Part shown: positions 39,701 through 52,429 of the stretch, piece after piece
Position numbering within the stretch: the first letter of the stretch is position 1
How the letters are laid out: each line of letters opens with the position of its first letter
Assembly (NCBI GenBank): GCA_051362555.1
Contig: CM120641.1
Location: forward strand, 41,794,401 to 41,858,400
Direction of reading: 5' to 3'
DNA: 64,000 nt
DNA from: Lingula anatina
Taxonomy: Eukaryota > Animalia > Brachiopoda
Notes under the pieces: generated by a model
What the model saw: the letters and a program-made list of their open reading frames with translations, nothing else
The model's database searches: none
Told to the model about the DNA's origin: nothing
Program-made: the position numbers and the translations under genes

Positions 39701-41069
39701 TGTTCTGCCTTGATTTTTGCAGAAACTGTGGTTTCCCCTTTTTGAGGCCATGATGGCCCCACAACGACGCCTCAAAGATGACATCAATAAACAACACCTG
39801 GATGGTGAGGTTATCTTAAAACAGTCAATCAAGTATTTTTATCTTCTCTTTTCATATTGTAGCAGTTTTATCTAGTTTGATGAATAAGTATTAATATAGT
39901 AACGTTAATGTTAAAGTGTTATTTTGTCAGTTAATTTGCTAAGTGGATTTTTTGTGATATTTCAGTTAACTGATATCAAGAGAAATCTCCAGAAATTCAA
40001 ATATCCATAATAATCAGCCAAATAATTATTTATCCTGTCTGTAAGAATGACAGTTTTGTATGTTGTCTACAGGTGTCATCCAAGCAAATTAATCATTAAT
40101 GAATCCACAGTACAAGCTGTGTTTTTTGTGTTAAGCATCATGGTAAATGTAAAATAATGTGGATAAAGGTAATAACAAAATAAACATATTTACCAGTTTT
40201 CTTTCTCTTGGTGACACATCTACGGAAACTTAGAAAAATTATGATGTTTGAATGAAATATACCAATTCTGTAGCTGCCTTTCCTCATGCTTTTAAATTGC
40301 GTAGAATTTTAATATAAATAAACTTTGACTTTCAATATAGCATTCAAGGAGCTGACTTCCCATGTGTTGAACAGCATGATGGGATACATCTCCATGCCTG
40401 CCATCTTGCAGAAGATCATGCAGGACCCTGCGTACAGTAACGGGAAGTTTGGAGAAGTTCGAGAACTTATTATGGGGATGCTAGACACGTATAACTATGA
40501 AACGGTATGTGTACATCTATAAGCATGTGTATGTTCATACACCCAGGAAACCTTGTAATTTTAAAGGCATTTTTCTTTAAAAAAAACTATGCTTAGTTTT
40601 ACAGATGATGTGTACCAGCTTCTTCATTTTCAAATTTTCAGACATGTCTGCTTGTTGCATATTTTGATGTTCACCAGCATTTGAAGTTAATCACGGCATT
40701 CACAAATGTTAGACAGGTTTTATAATATCATGGACATCACAGGGCTACAAAATCTGGGTAATTGTACAGCTGTATATGCTTGTCTCATCTATCTCAATAT
40801 GGCACACGTAATCATAATTCTATATTCCATAATAGTTCTTGAAAGTGATTATCTGTGAACCAGTTTATATTACATTCCAGACATTACTTCACACTTGTAA
40901 CAGCCTCCTCAACCATGACTTACACCAGCAGCTGGCTGGACTGAAAGCGGCTGCCAACAGAGCCATAGTACCCAAGGAGGGCGGCTGCAATCTGTGTGCT
41001 AAGCTCTTTGTGAACATTACAGATAATGGAGCTGTTATTGTGTTCAGGTGAGAAGGCCTCTTTGACTTG

Positions 41070-41102
<33 letters not shown>

Positions 41103-44100
41103 CAATCCCACAATCAGTTTGCCTGTTTGTTTCTCTATTGTTTTTATCGGTTTGCTTGCTATATCTTCTTTTCTTTTATTGATTTGTTTGTTTAGATTTT
41201 AACAGCGCGTAGTTCCAGCATATGGCATCTTCCTATTTATCAGTATATATTAGGACAGTTTTTGATATATGTTGTAATATTGTTAAAATTAAAGATGTCA
41301 ATTTATTCAGTAATGCAAAATATTCCATTAGAAGGGGTTTTAATTACATTTTCAGTACTTTTTCTTTAAGTGATTAAATGCCTTATTAGCCTTTCCATTC
41401 ACATTTTTTTTTATTTCAGTTAGTCTAATCAAAACTTGTTGCAGTCGCTAATGAAAGGTCTCTATATACATGTGTTTTGTTAGTTTTTTTACACCTATAT
41501 TTATATTTGAGTCATACATGTGTATTGATTTATTCTGATAAGCGGTCTTGTCTATACCATGTTTCTCACACATTCATGATTTCTATTTCCATCTTCATGT
41601 ACTTAGCAACCGCCCTCACACAAAAGCTATGAAAGTTTTCAGTTGATATCATCAGACATCTTGTGCTCATAATGGCTTCCAGAAAGAAGATGTCTTATTA
41701 CTACACTGAATTAAGAATCAATAAACCTTTTTTCTTAAACCAGTGTAGAGCCAAATTGTGATTGATCATTATAAGCCAAGAGCTGAGGTATATCGTTTAG
41801 TGCAAGGTTAGCAAACATCTAAAATCAATAGTGACAGCTTTTAGGGATAAAGAGATTTGTCTAGTTGTTATTTCTTCTAGGAAATTTGCAGTTGCCTGAC
41901 TGTGAAATTATAAAAAAAATTGGCTGCATATGTTCTAAGAATATAAAGTTGTCATTTAGTTATTGTTCAGCAAACATCCAAGATCAGTAGTGATGACCTT
42001 CAAGGATTAAGAGATTGTCTTATTTTTATCTTTTCTTGGAAATTTGAAGTTATTGCCATTGAAATTGTAAGATTCTTGCAAATGTCACCAAATTGTAAGG
42101 TTAACTGTGATTGGTGAAAGATAAATGTGGAGAGGATTTGAGAAGAATTGTGAAAGAGAAATCTGAGAATTCTGGAATGGACATAGAAAGCTACCATTTT
42201 TGTGGGTGGTTGGTAAACACACCGCAATCAATACAAAAGGCCTTAAAGGATGAAAATTATTTGCGTATGTTTAATCTCTTCTTGGAAATTTGAGGTTGCT
42301 TGACTGTGAAATTAGAGGTTGTTGCAAATTTCAGTGTTTTTAAGATAGCTATTGACAAAATCTGATAGTGAATAAGTGGTTTTTGCAGGCATTGTAAACA
42401 GGGCAGATAATGGTTCTGAAGGTGTCATTTAGCTGGAGGTCAATTCCATTACAAAAAGCTTTCAAGGGTAAAAAAATATAGCTGTTTCTATAAAAGTCAA
42501 AGTATGTATTTGCTTTCCCTTGAAATCATTGAATTCTTTTTAATAAGAAAAGGTCAGGGGGAAACTAGGTAAAGAATTTTCCAAATCTTATTATTATCAC
42601 CTTTGCAGGTGTGTTAAACATTTTTTGTTGAAATGGAGTGAAAATTGATTTAAGCACCTTTATCATATTGCAATATAAGCTTTTTAGTGGGTGCCTATAA
42701 TTAAAAAAATGTTTGATACTAATTTACTTTTATATCTGCAATTTGTTTAACATTTTTTGTAAATTTTTTAGGAACCTTGATTTATGAAGTTTTTACTAAT
42801 TCAATGGGGAAATAGCATTTGATAAAATGATTAGTGCTCTGGGTATTATTCATCATGCATGGTTCAGTTCTTGTCATGGTCAATTAGCCTTACTTTGTGT
42901 TAATTAATGAAATTAATAGATATTCCTAGCAGCAGCTTACTCAAGGGACACTATCCTATTGTAAATTGATTATAATGTTTTTTCATTGGCAAGCCATAAA
43001 CTGTCTTTCTTCTGAAGCAAATCTAAACTGTTTCATCTTTACCAAACTAAAACTATCACCGTAGGTTTGCCCCACCTATTTAACTGAATTCTTTCATTTC
43101 CACCTCAACACATTACTTGTCTAGCAAATGGTAGATTTGGTAATTGTCAAATTTGGTGAAACTGTTAGTCTGTAGGTGAATTGCAACTAATGTGCAATCA
43201 TGTTCTGGTGAAAATGTTTAATTTGTTAGATATGTCTCAAAAGATGACATTGGACTGGATTTTATCTTCATAATTTTTTTATTTCACAACCAGCACATTA
43301 AGACCCCTAACACAACTGCTCTTAATCATATATGTTTACTGTCTCAACTAGCACAATGTATTGTCTCAACTAGCACAATATTGGACCAATTCCAGGTGTG
43401 GCCACAGTTACCATGCTGAGTGTCTCAAAAGCAGGGGCTCATTTTACAAGACCATTGGTCAAGAACAGTGGACATGTTATTTGTGCAGTAGCACCAAGCG
43501 TGGTCATCTTCAGATGACTAGGATAAGGAGGTCAAGTTCTGGACCATCCACTGCAAACGCTGCTGAGTCAGAAAGTGAGACAAGGGTATGTGGACTAGAT
43601 TGTGTGTATTTTGTTATAAAATTGTCTTATTTAACTCTTACTTTAACTGTTTTATTGAAGTGTACATAATTTTTGCTGAATATATATTTTGGTTAATTAA
43701 AGTAATTTGTTGAAAATTATTGAGGTAGAAAAAGTGTTTGATCCGTAAACCAAAGCATGATTGGATTTCTGCAGAAACATCACATTAAATAATTGTTCTC
43801 TGCTTATAAGTTATCAAGTCTTTTATGTAGTTCAGATAATTATTGAAAAGTCTTGTAAAAAATTCTTATAGTGGGTCAAAAATTTTCCTAGGGGTTTTTA
43901 TGGTAAAGTATTTGTCCTCTTTCTCTCACAATTGGAAGACATCTGTGAGATATGTCTTAAGCATTTAGTGGATAATAAAAGATTTAATTCTACTCTGTCA
44001 TTTTTCTGAATCATTTGTAGAGTTTATTATGCAATTTGTCTTTTCTTTTTGAAAAGGTAAGTATTTTCAGTAATTGCTTTGAATTTTAGTTTCAATAAAT

Positions 44101-46354
44101 ATTTTTTTTTTTATTGGAATGATATTATTTCTATACAGATGAATGAAGAGCAGCTCCATTCTGTTGATACAATTAGAAAAATGATGAAGACTCCATCGAG
44201 GGTAGGTTGATTTATTTTTCATTTACAGAAGATTTAAGAATTGTATTAATAGGTAACTTGTATCCTCTCCTTTTATTTTGTAGTGCTTCATACTGATGGA
44301 GTACACAAAATGATGATTCCTCATTCAAGACCTAAAGATTTATCACAAATTGACGATAGTAAAAATAATTGCTCTCTCCTGCCTTTCTTGCCAAATGATT
44401 TCTGGCTAATGGGACTCAAGGAAAGAAAAAAAATGAAAAGTGGTTGGCACAATTTAATTATTTGTAGTTTGCATTTAAACAAGGGAAAAGAAATTACTTT
44501 ATACGTCCTTTATTTTATCAAGTTAATATTTATTTATTTACTAAATAGGTTATTTAGTGAAGTGTTTGATGCTGTTATTGTAGCAGGTAGGAAACTGCTA
44601 ATTCTGAAGGTGAAAATGAAGATTGACTCTTAATTAAATGCACTTAGTTCTCCTTGTCGATGTGAATCAAGCCTTTGCCAGGCTTGTTTTTACTATTGAT
44701 CTCAAAGATAGTGTTTCAAGTGTGTAAATTGATGCTGCTTCCATGAAAATATTGCCGTTCTTGGTTTTCTATTGATTTTGCCCAAAACTTGTTGCATGTT
44801 TGCTTACTGACTTTATTGACTGACACAAGTTGTTCATCACAAATTAAACTAGATGAACTTGTGTGTCTTTGGTCAAAGTGCAATAAAGTTTTCCTCCCTT
44901 AAAGTTACTTCAGACTAAGTTTACTGTAAAAAGAAGCCCATAAGTTGAAAGTATCCATTTACTCAGTGCTCAATTTGCATGGGCATCAAAGGGATTTGTT
45001 GGTGGGTGGTCCAAAACTATAGTAAAGAAATGAAGCTTAATGAGAATTGACAATGATATATGAATAAAAGTTGTAATGACTGTGAAATACATATAAGTAT
45101 GTGCATGTGAAACAAACAATGTTGTATGGCTAAATCTACAAGTTCTAGTACAATGTATGAAGGAATTATAAAGTAAGGTTTTTCTGTTATGATTTAATTC
45201 TGCGCATTATACACTGTGGACATTAATAACTTTTTATTTTGTCTCTTTGTGAACCAGACCATCCTAGAAAATCTAGTGTTTTGAACTACTAATTTACTCT
45301 TTGAATTATCAACAAATGCATTTTAGCAGTTATCTTAGAGTTAAAGCAGTTTTTGTAGAGTAGATCTTGCTTACGTACATATACTTGTACTAAGTAACTG
45401 TTATTCTAAGCCGTTTTGTGGTAAACCATTCCCTGATATATGATCAATACATCAAGACAATCAGGTGATGAGAAGGAACACGAGTTCCAGATAAGTGACT
45501 GTTCTGTTAAGATAACAATACGTGAAAGATATTGAGCAGATGTTTTAACAAATCATCGAAGACAAACTGTCCCTCTGGACAAAGCCGCGTGCCATAAAAT
45601 CATTTAGTTCACTCCTTAGAGTATGCAATAACATAGACCTGGGCAGATGGGATTTGATTAAATGATTTAAATGTCCAGGACAATGAGCTGGCAGTGTTAC
45701 TGTCTTGATGCTGGTTGTTTATTGTATTGTCTGCCACTCACCAAGGAATTTTATATGTAATTTGATATGTGATGAAGGAGGACAAGGTGCCTCATTTTAG
45801 TAAACAAGATGGCCAAACCCACCATTCAGCCGATGTCGTGGATGTAATGGATCTTATTTCAGGCCTGTAGTTATGCCAGAAATTTTAAAGGAATTTTTTC
45901 TAAAAAATGGCCCTTTTCACCAAAATACTGTAGAACCTAGATCAAATTTTGATTAAGGGCAAACCTTTTTCTGACCCAAAGGGTGTTTTGTTTGAACCCC
46001 CCCCCAAACACCCCAAACCTGCCTACAGACCAAGGCCCCGGAACTCGAAAGCATCGCATATTGCGAATAGCAATATCACATAGAGGCTGCATTGTATTAT
46101 ATGGGGCCAGTATGGGCAAGTTATGGAATCGAGACAGTTGCGCTCGTTCGCAATGCGCGATGCTTTCGAGTTATGGGGCCCAGTTCTTTTATTCTATTCT
46201 TTAATATTCTATTCTGTTCTAGTTGGCATTCTTAGAAGAGCTATCTAGAGCTGAAGTCAACCAGAGGTACAGGCCAGCTGCCACAAGTTTACTCCACAAC
46301 GAGAGATTCCAGCTACGACTGGCGCCACCACCTTCACATATGTTGGCAGACTAA
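16918..46354 (+). CDS. VPS8: Vacuolar protein sorting-associated protein 8 homolog (CORVET subunit), complete, ~39 coding exons
   Basis: Exons include 16918-16980, 17921-17989 (EFDLPEVATPPTLESILNE), 18685-18818, 19279-19369, 19648-19680, 19974-20028 (IAIGTSHG), 20177-20301, 20768-20854 (TITDAHPPG), 21167-21234, 21451-21501, 21745-21847, 22177-22233, 22501-22623, 24697-24777, 24993-25076, 25750-25836, 26051-26161, 27260-27397, 27780-27872, 28376-28422, 29693-29915, 30357-30734 (GNKLLVYISCCLAGRAYP), further exons starting near 31026, 31470, 31869, 32258, 32633, 32960, 33447, 34621, 35272, 35855, 38368, 39723, 40341, 40881, 43396 (RING-H2: CNLC...CGHSYH..C...CYLC), 44140-44201 and 46223-46354 (LAFLEELS...FQLRLAPPP...TAA). 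These motifs match metazoan VPS8. Confidence 0.96.
20439..20486. repeat. 48-bp palindrome with CCCTT...AAGGG ends (possibly a collapsed TIR element)
   Basis: CCCTTACGAAAAATTCCTATAG-gata-CTATAGGAATTTTTTGTAAGGG; one mismatch. Confidence 0.75.
20868..20975. repeat. ~20-bp minisatellite in a VPS8 intron
   Basis: TCACACCTAACACAATCTCT-like unit, about 4-5 copies. Confidence 0.75.
23319..24164 (-). CDS. Secreted 10-cysteine prokineticin/MIT1/colipase-fold peptide precursor nested in VPS8 intron 13
   Basis: Exon 1 24120-24164 (signal peptide MKTLLVFLAVVAAAF, donor GTGAGT), exon 2 23837-23966 (GAVTIRDCKTNDDCNDGECC...SKRVLPDLPFLSKR), exon 3 23319-23494 (GRCMAYIQKGDSCHTPGFASCGCAPGLVC...FCEEGPTNV*); phases are compatible; Cys pattern C-x5-C-x4-CC...C...C...CxC...C...C; minus-strand AATAAA at 23221-23226. 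Confidence 0.88.
24930..24968. repeat. (CT)n microsatellite upstream of a VPS8 acceptor
   Basis: Pure CT run. Confidence 0.95.
26200..27059 (+). mobile_element. Internally deleted Tc1/mariner DNA transposon
   Basis: TIRs TACTGAACAAAAATATAAACGCAC / GTGCGTTTATATTTTTGTTCAGTA flanked by TA. The transposase N-terminal HTH (MREHAISMLNAGLSVTEVAACLNVHHSTVSRL..RFRDTGS) is joined to a C-terminal remnant (HLWNVLD...LQEALQEEWDNIP); the DDE core is missing. Confidence 0.9.
28513..29474. mobile_element. Non-autonomous TIR DNA transposon (hAT-like CAGG termini), ~110-bp TIRs, 5-bp TSD TACCA
   Basis: Left CAGGCCTTCCCAACTACCAGATTCGGCACCTACGGGTCC... matches the reverse complement of the right end ...GGACCCGTAGGTGCCGAGTCTGGTAGTTGGGAAGGCCTG; TACCA at 28508-28512 and 29475-29479; CpG-rich relative to the host intron. 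Confidence 0.85.
34296..34391. repeat. (CA)n microsatellite
   Basis: Interrupted CA run. Confidence 0.9.
35137..35195. repeat. (CT)n(CA)n compound microsatellite
   Basis: Directly visible. Confidence 0.9.
36646..36708. repeat. (TG)n microsatellite
   Basis: Pure TG run. Confidence 0.95.
45860..46031. mobile_element. Probable short hAT-like non-autonomous element abutting the Harbinger-like MITE
   Basis: CAGGCCTGTAG ... CTACAGACC short inverted termini with a C-rich subterminal tract. Confidence 0.35.
46034..46180. mobile_element. MITE with GGCCCC termini (PIF/Harbinger-like)
   Basis: GGCCCCGGAACTCGAAAGCATCGCATATTGCGAA vs TTCGCAATGCGCGATGCTTTCGAGTTATGGGGCC inverted arms; CpG-rich; ends ~40 bp before the last VPS8 acceptor. 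Confidence 0.7.
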
Positions 46355-46410
46355 GGCCACAAGATGACATTATATTTAAATTATTGTATTTCAGTATGCA
46401 GTTTGCACGA

Positions 46411-46416
46411 AATAAA
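46411..46416 (+). terminator. Proximal polyadenylation signal of VPS8
   Basis: AATAAA ~57 nt after the stop codon. Confidence 0.45.
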
Positions 46417-46486
46417 CAGTTGTCACACAAATTGGTTCAGTGGTAATATACCATTATGGCATATCATCAGCTATAAGTGACATCCT

Positions 46487-46587
46487 GTATGACATATTCA
46501 TCAAGATTTGCAAAGTACCTGTGTGATATATTCATATTGATTTGCAAAGTACCTGTGTGACATATTCATCAAGATTTGCAAAGTACC
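46487..46587. repeat. ~35-bp minisatellite x3 in the VPS8 3' region
   Basis: TGACATATTCATCAAGATTTGCAAAGTACCTGTG repeated three times. Confidence 0.85.
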
Positions 46588-47033
46588 ATCATGGGAACTT
46601 TTGGAGTCTGCGAGTAAAGGCTCTTAGTGAAGAGAGGAACAGATCAATAGACTGAAGTGAGGCTACTGGCCCACTGTTAATCTGAATTTTTTAAATACAT
46701 TATTAAGATGGGTGGCACACGCATGACATAAATGATCTTGAAATATATTTCAGTCTTACCTACAGTTTCAATTAATGAACCTTCTGTTGCCTGTGCTTTT
46801 TGAGAGGCATTTCAAAATTTTGAAAGTAAAACAATTCATGTTATTCTTGTTCAGTTTAAAAACAAAGATTTCAGATTTTATTACACCAAAGATTTGTAAT
46901 CTTAAGAGTTGTTGCATCTTGATCAAGATGAAGCAGATGTTTTTAAATCAAATGTCCAGTGAGTATCAATTTTTTCATATTTCAAATATTTATTGTTAAA
47001 CTTATACTCACTCTGTATTATTTTAAAGACTTT

Positions 47034-47065
<32 letters not shown>

Positions 47066-50000
47066 TTTTGAAAAAGTAATTTTTTGTGTACTACTGCCTC
47101 TTTTATCCATTGCTTGTTCATGATTATATGGTTATGTGGTATGGAAAGTATTAATACAATCATCATGTTAATGATGGATTGGGGAAGTGATGACAGCCTA
47201 AATATAGGGAGGAGGGACAAAAAATAAAATTTAATGTGCATGGCTAATAAAGGCATAATGTTATTTTAATATGCAAATCTATAGCCTAACACTTAAAAGT
47301 TCAACTGAATGGCACAACAAACGGATTGTCTTCTTTTTTGATAGACATTATTTTATGTATTTTATGGATATTTGATCACCACTATCACTACTAGGACATT
47401 TTCAATCTACTTGCCAACAAGTTCTTGTGATGCCAAAAAAAAAAAAAAAAAGCAAAGTTGCTTGAATGGCTGTAAAGCTTCCTTTATATTTTTAAATATC
47501 AAATTTAACTAAAAGGATATCAGAGGCAAAGGATAAAGAACAATATTTTCAAATAAAAAAGCCATTTATTACATAATCTTGGTAAGTAACACTGGTTTGA
47601 AATCACATTTTAACAATTAATGAAATCAAATGATTCAGTAAAACAAGAGGTTGAAAACAAGTGCCAGTGGTATATGAACTAATGAATTGGGTCACATAAT
47701 GCCTTTAAAGATACATTTAAATTTATGTGTAGAATTCTTTTTTATTCATTTGTTGAAATAATTATTGATTGGCATTTTTAGATGTAAAGTACCAGTTTTC
47801 CATCCAAGCTTTGGACTCATTTGATACTAAAATATATTCCATTCAAAAGAACCAATCATAATGTTATACCTGCATTGCTGGTAATTGCATAATAACACTT
47901 CGGCCCATGATGTCAGATATAGGAACACAAGCAATGATGATGTCATCAACTTTAACACAAACACTGATGATGTCATCTAAACAATTTAAATACAGCAACT
48001 GAACTGGCGACCTAAAAATGATGTTGCAGTTTACACAGAAAAAACATATATGATTTCTTTAAAATGTGAAAAATTGGTTGTATGTGTATAAATACGTTTG
48101 TGTCAAAGGAGATCGTGTGGGGTTCAAAACAGAAGAAAAACATTTAAAAATTAATAAAGTAAATAAACAACGGGAGTCAGGAATGTTGTGATAGTTGAAA
48201 GTTTGGTTAAGGAATACACATTGCAGTGTACGAATAACAGGTAAAAGGACTGCCCGTGAAAATTTGTCGCAAAAATAAATCTGCATCATCGGCTTTTTTA
48301 GGTTTTTACTGATCAACCCTCATAAGTCCCAAACTCTAAATGTACTTCTTCAAGCCTACCTTTCTCTTCACTTGGACTTCAATGGGCGATCAAATGCATT
48401 ACTTGTATTTCACTCTCGTGCAAAGTCCCGTTTTTGAGCAGATCTATCCATTTAAGTAGAACACGCACTGTATGCAGTGCAACATGCCCTTTTGACTTGA
48501 CTACAGGTTATTTAAAAAGAAAGAAATGAAATAAAGGCGACAAAATTCTCACGGATAGCCCTTTAATCACAATAACATAAGTACAATTTTATCTGCCTTT
48601 GGCACCATGGATGTTGTCGTCTGAAGCACCTCCTTAAAACGCAAGTATTGATTCGCGCTCCACCTATCGTGAAAACAACTTTGTTCACTAATGACCACTA
48701 CAGCCCGTTTCCCAAAATAACTTAACCAAGAAAATTGGTCTTAATGTAAAGAACAATATTTTTTTATTTACTTTGATTGAAGGTAAACTGGTCCAATTGA
48801 ATGAAATATTGTGCCGATTTGGAAATAGAAAAAGACATTGCTAATGCTTCAAATCATACGTTATTTACGCAAGAAAGTCTTTGTACTTGACGTCACTTGT
48901 CGTACGGTGGACGGGGGCCTTGGAGCAGATTTCTTCATCTTGAATTAAACGGGGTTCGAAGTATTGCTGTTACGCATCCTTCGAATGTTAAATGCCAATT
49001 TCTCTGTCGAGCAAGCGTGGTAGATATTTTTGGATCATTTTCAATTAACAAGCCCACACTTGGCACCAATCCCGTGATTGATGAATTGAGGTCACAACCT
49101 TCTGATCGATATTTCGTAGGCCTACTATTATGCTATTTAATGGACCTTATCTCCTCGTGATGCAGTGTCTATAATTCGTATTTTGTTTAATATGTTAGAG
49201 AGTTTCTTTATTTTATTTCATAATCCGAAATAAATAGGCCTACATAAGGTAACATAGGTTAATCGTTCGACCATGACTCTTAAACACCACGTAGTAGCCT
49301 AACCATTCCATGTCTTGCAAGACTTCCGATACGGAAATCGCTCAACCTTGGTATTTTACAAGCTGTTAACATGGAACAAGTCAATTACTTGTGCAACTTT
49401 CGAAAAAACTATGTTTGAAGCCTTTCCATTCAAGCGTATAGAGACTGCATCGTGTCGCAAGAATGTTATTATTGTAAAAAGTTATTGTTCCCCTTGAAAA
49501 AAAATAGGATTATGTGAGGTATAATTTTTTGTTCTTATCCTTAGTTAGAAATACGAACAAGAGGCCACGGCCTTTTAAACTACAAGTAGAAATAATGATT
49601 GTGCTCTCTGCGTTGTTACCAGAGTAAATTCAAATAAGATATTTTACAAAAGTTTTTTTTTTTTTTCAGATCAAATGCAGCAAATCCAATGCAAAATCAA
49701 TGTTAAATGGACGTTTTCTTGGCCCAAATCGCTGACACAAATTTTGGTGATTCTGTTTACGTCACATCCGGCTTTTCATTTGGCCCATCAGTATTGAAAG
49801 ATGCTACGTCATAGGCCTACATACCCAAACTGCCAGAGGCATTTTGATAAGATGATAGTTGGGGCTTCCTTTTTTACAGAGATATACTAGGCGTTTAGAT
49901 AAACTGATGTCTAGAAAATCTGTGCAGGAACGCGGAAGTCTCTTATCTGATAAATCAGACAAAATCAGCTTTTTCCTAACGGATGCCATAAACCAGAAAG

Positions 50001-52429
50001 AATTGTTGCCCAATACCATCCGCCGTTTTTGGCCACTACTTTTCAAATCAACAATAAGTCCTGGAATTAAAGTCCGGAAAACATTACGTTGGATCAGTGT
50101 CTTACCCACTGTAATCTACGTTGTTCTGCTCATTTTATCTAAAGCGTTTCACCCCCTTTCCACCAGGACCCCAGATGTCCTATCAGGCTTTTATGCCCGA
50201 AGAGTTGCCTGAACAAAGTGCTTCAGAGATTTAACGGCAACATCCATGGTGCTAAGCAAGTTGATAACAATAAACGTGTACAGAATATGTACCAACTGAA
50301 CACAGAAACAAACTGAACAGACCTCTTGCAGACAATATGTCCGATACAAAACTTAACGTTTAAAGGCATATAAACAGTACAACTAACCTAACAGAACCAC
50401 TTACGAACCCAGTACGTCTAGACACAAAGTGGATCACACCAATGAAAGAACTTAATGTATGCTTATCAAACGTACATATATGTATATACACAGACCAATG
50501 AAGTACGTGGTTTCATTGGTTTCGAAAACGTGAACAACCCTAATATTCAAAGCTTCATTGTTTCTACTTGCTGCTAAAGGTTGGTATGTAAATTCAATAT
50601 TTTATCAGTACCGAATCACAAGCATAACAAACATGATAAGAGACTTAGTAGTCTTAAAACTTAACACCTTTGGCGAGTACGGTATTTGTTCACAGAGGCA
50701 AGATATGTCTACATATAACAAGGTGCAGCAACGCCAGTACTACAAAGAATCAGTTGCGAACTCGGCTTGCTCCACTAGAACGTACATTGCGAAATACCAT
50801 ATCGGCACCCTGAATATCCAAGCCTCCCCCATGTCGCCCCTTACACGAGCACGTGCTTGCGATACCCGTTGAAATAAAACACTTATGATAAGCGTACGCT
50901 GTGTAAAGAAGAGTAACATGTATAACTCTGAGAAAGAGAGTGCTGTGCAAGGCCACATTTATACATTTACAGTTAATGTAGCATCACAAGCGCAAATATA
51001 GTATCAGCACGCTTATGCAGTTTGCTATTCTATCATTCATTATTCGGCATTGACAACAAGGAAATTACACCATAAAAAGCACAGCGGGTTTTCTGAGTCT
51101 CGTAATTTTTAAGGTGAGTACTGGAGTACCAGCATCATAATAATCGTGCATATTATGTATATTACATACAGCGTACATTTCGCCATGCAGGAATAACAGC
51201 GCCTTAAGCAGTTGGTAATTGCTTCAGAGTAACTTTAAAAAGGTGTATATTAGGCAAAGCCCATCGCCACAGGTTGCTTGTCAAGCACTGGCTCCTGTCG
51301 CTAAATTTACCTTCCTTCCTACATTAATGAAGGAGAATAATAAAACTACAAGATAAATTAAATACCGGCATGTTTCGTTTTTAATTTGTGAAAACGAAAG
51401 CGCTGTTCTACGTTTATATCACTTGATAGTTACATGTCAACGTCATCACTATCGTTTGTTGCAAGTTTAGCATAGGTAAGGCGCAAAGACGCACATTTGT
51501 GAAAGATATATATTATCAACTAAGGCTTTACCGGATATTTTATCCGACCTTGCACTATATATTGCCACATGGTATTCAAACCACAAACTAGGCACAGCTT
51601 GAACGCGGCTCAGGAGGAATATCGGGGCTCAAGTCCTATATGACAAGATTTATGCCCTAGTCCCACTGGTAGTTTCTCATTTCGGATGTGACTCGCTTCG
51701 AGTTGAACACTATATCACAGTTTTTTTAAATCAACCAAGCTGCAGCGATTAGAAATCCATAAATAGACAATAAACTTGAAGTGAGTCATCAAATCTGTTG
51801 GAAGAAACACAACACACAGACAAACATCTATCAAGACCAACTCTTATAAGAAGTTCTCAAATTCACCATTGGCGCTTTCATTAACTTTTCTGCATTCTGT
51901 ATTTGAAAGTTGAAAATCTAACGGTGGGTTACACACGTAACACCGAGAACTTGCATTATACTGTCTTTTTCTATAGCATTACATTCTTTTAAAAATACAC
52001 CCTATTTGGCCAGCAACTTCATCTGGATGCATCGCCGTTTTTTTCGTCAGATGCCCCAGCTTGATTCACCAGACAGTTTCTTCAACATAATCCTCAAATA
52101 CGACTCTTATCAAAACGTCCTTTACCTTTTTAAGCCGCATCCGCAGACGTTTCGTCTTGATTTGTATCCATGACGTCAATGTGGCGTCAATATGCTTGTA
52201 AATATGGGGTTAGATTACATCACATTGTCTCCATGGCAACAATAAATCAGCACTAACCATCAACAGCATCCGGGTCATGAAATAATCTATGTACAACTTA
52301 CGGGATTTTGTCAACTCTATATGGACTTGTCGTTACGTATTTACCTTTTAAATTCTGCATCATCGTCATGTTTTTTTAATAACATTCATAAAAAGGGGTG
52401 GCGTCACACAATCACGTCATTACATAACG

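Noticed and set aside
41870-42320. Three diverged copies of TTCTTGGAAATTTG(A/C)AGTTG...TGAAATT
   Set aside because: Irregular spacing and heavy decay; probably an old repeat remnant that cannot be classified by eye.
47905-47980. ATGATGA...CTGA resembling C/D snoRNA boxes
   Set aside because: Too short, no terminal stem; better explained as a degenerate TGATGTCA repeat.
49804-50212. Overlapping 101- and 117-aa ORFs in the intergenic/3' UTR region
   Set aside because: No recognisable domain, non-ATG starts and no splice structure.
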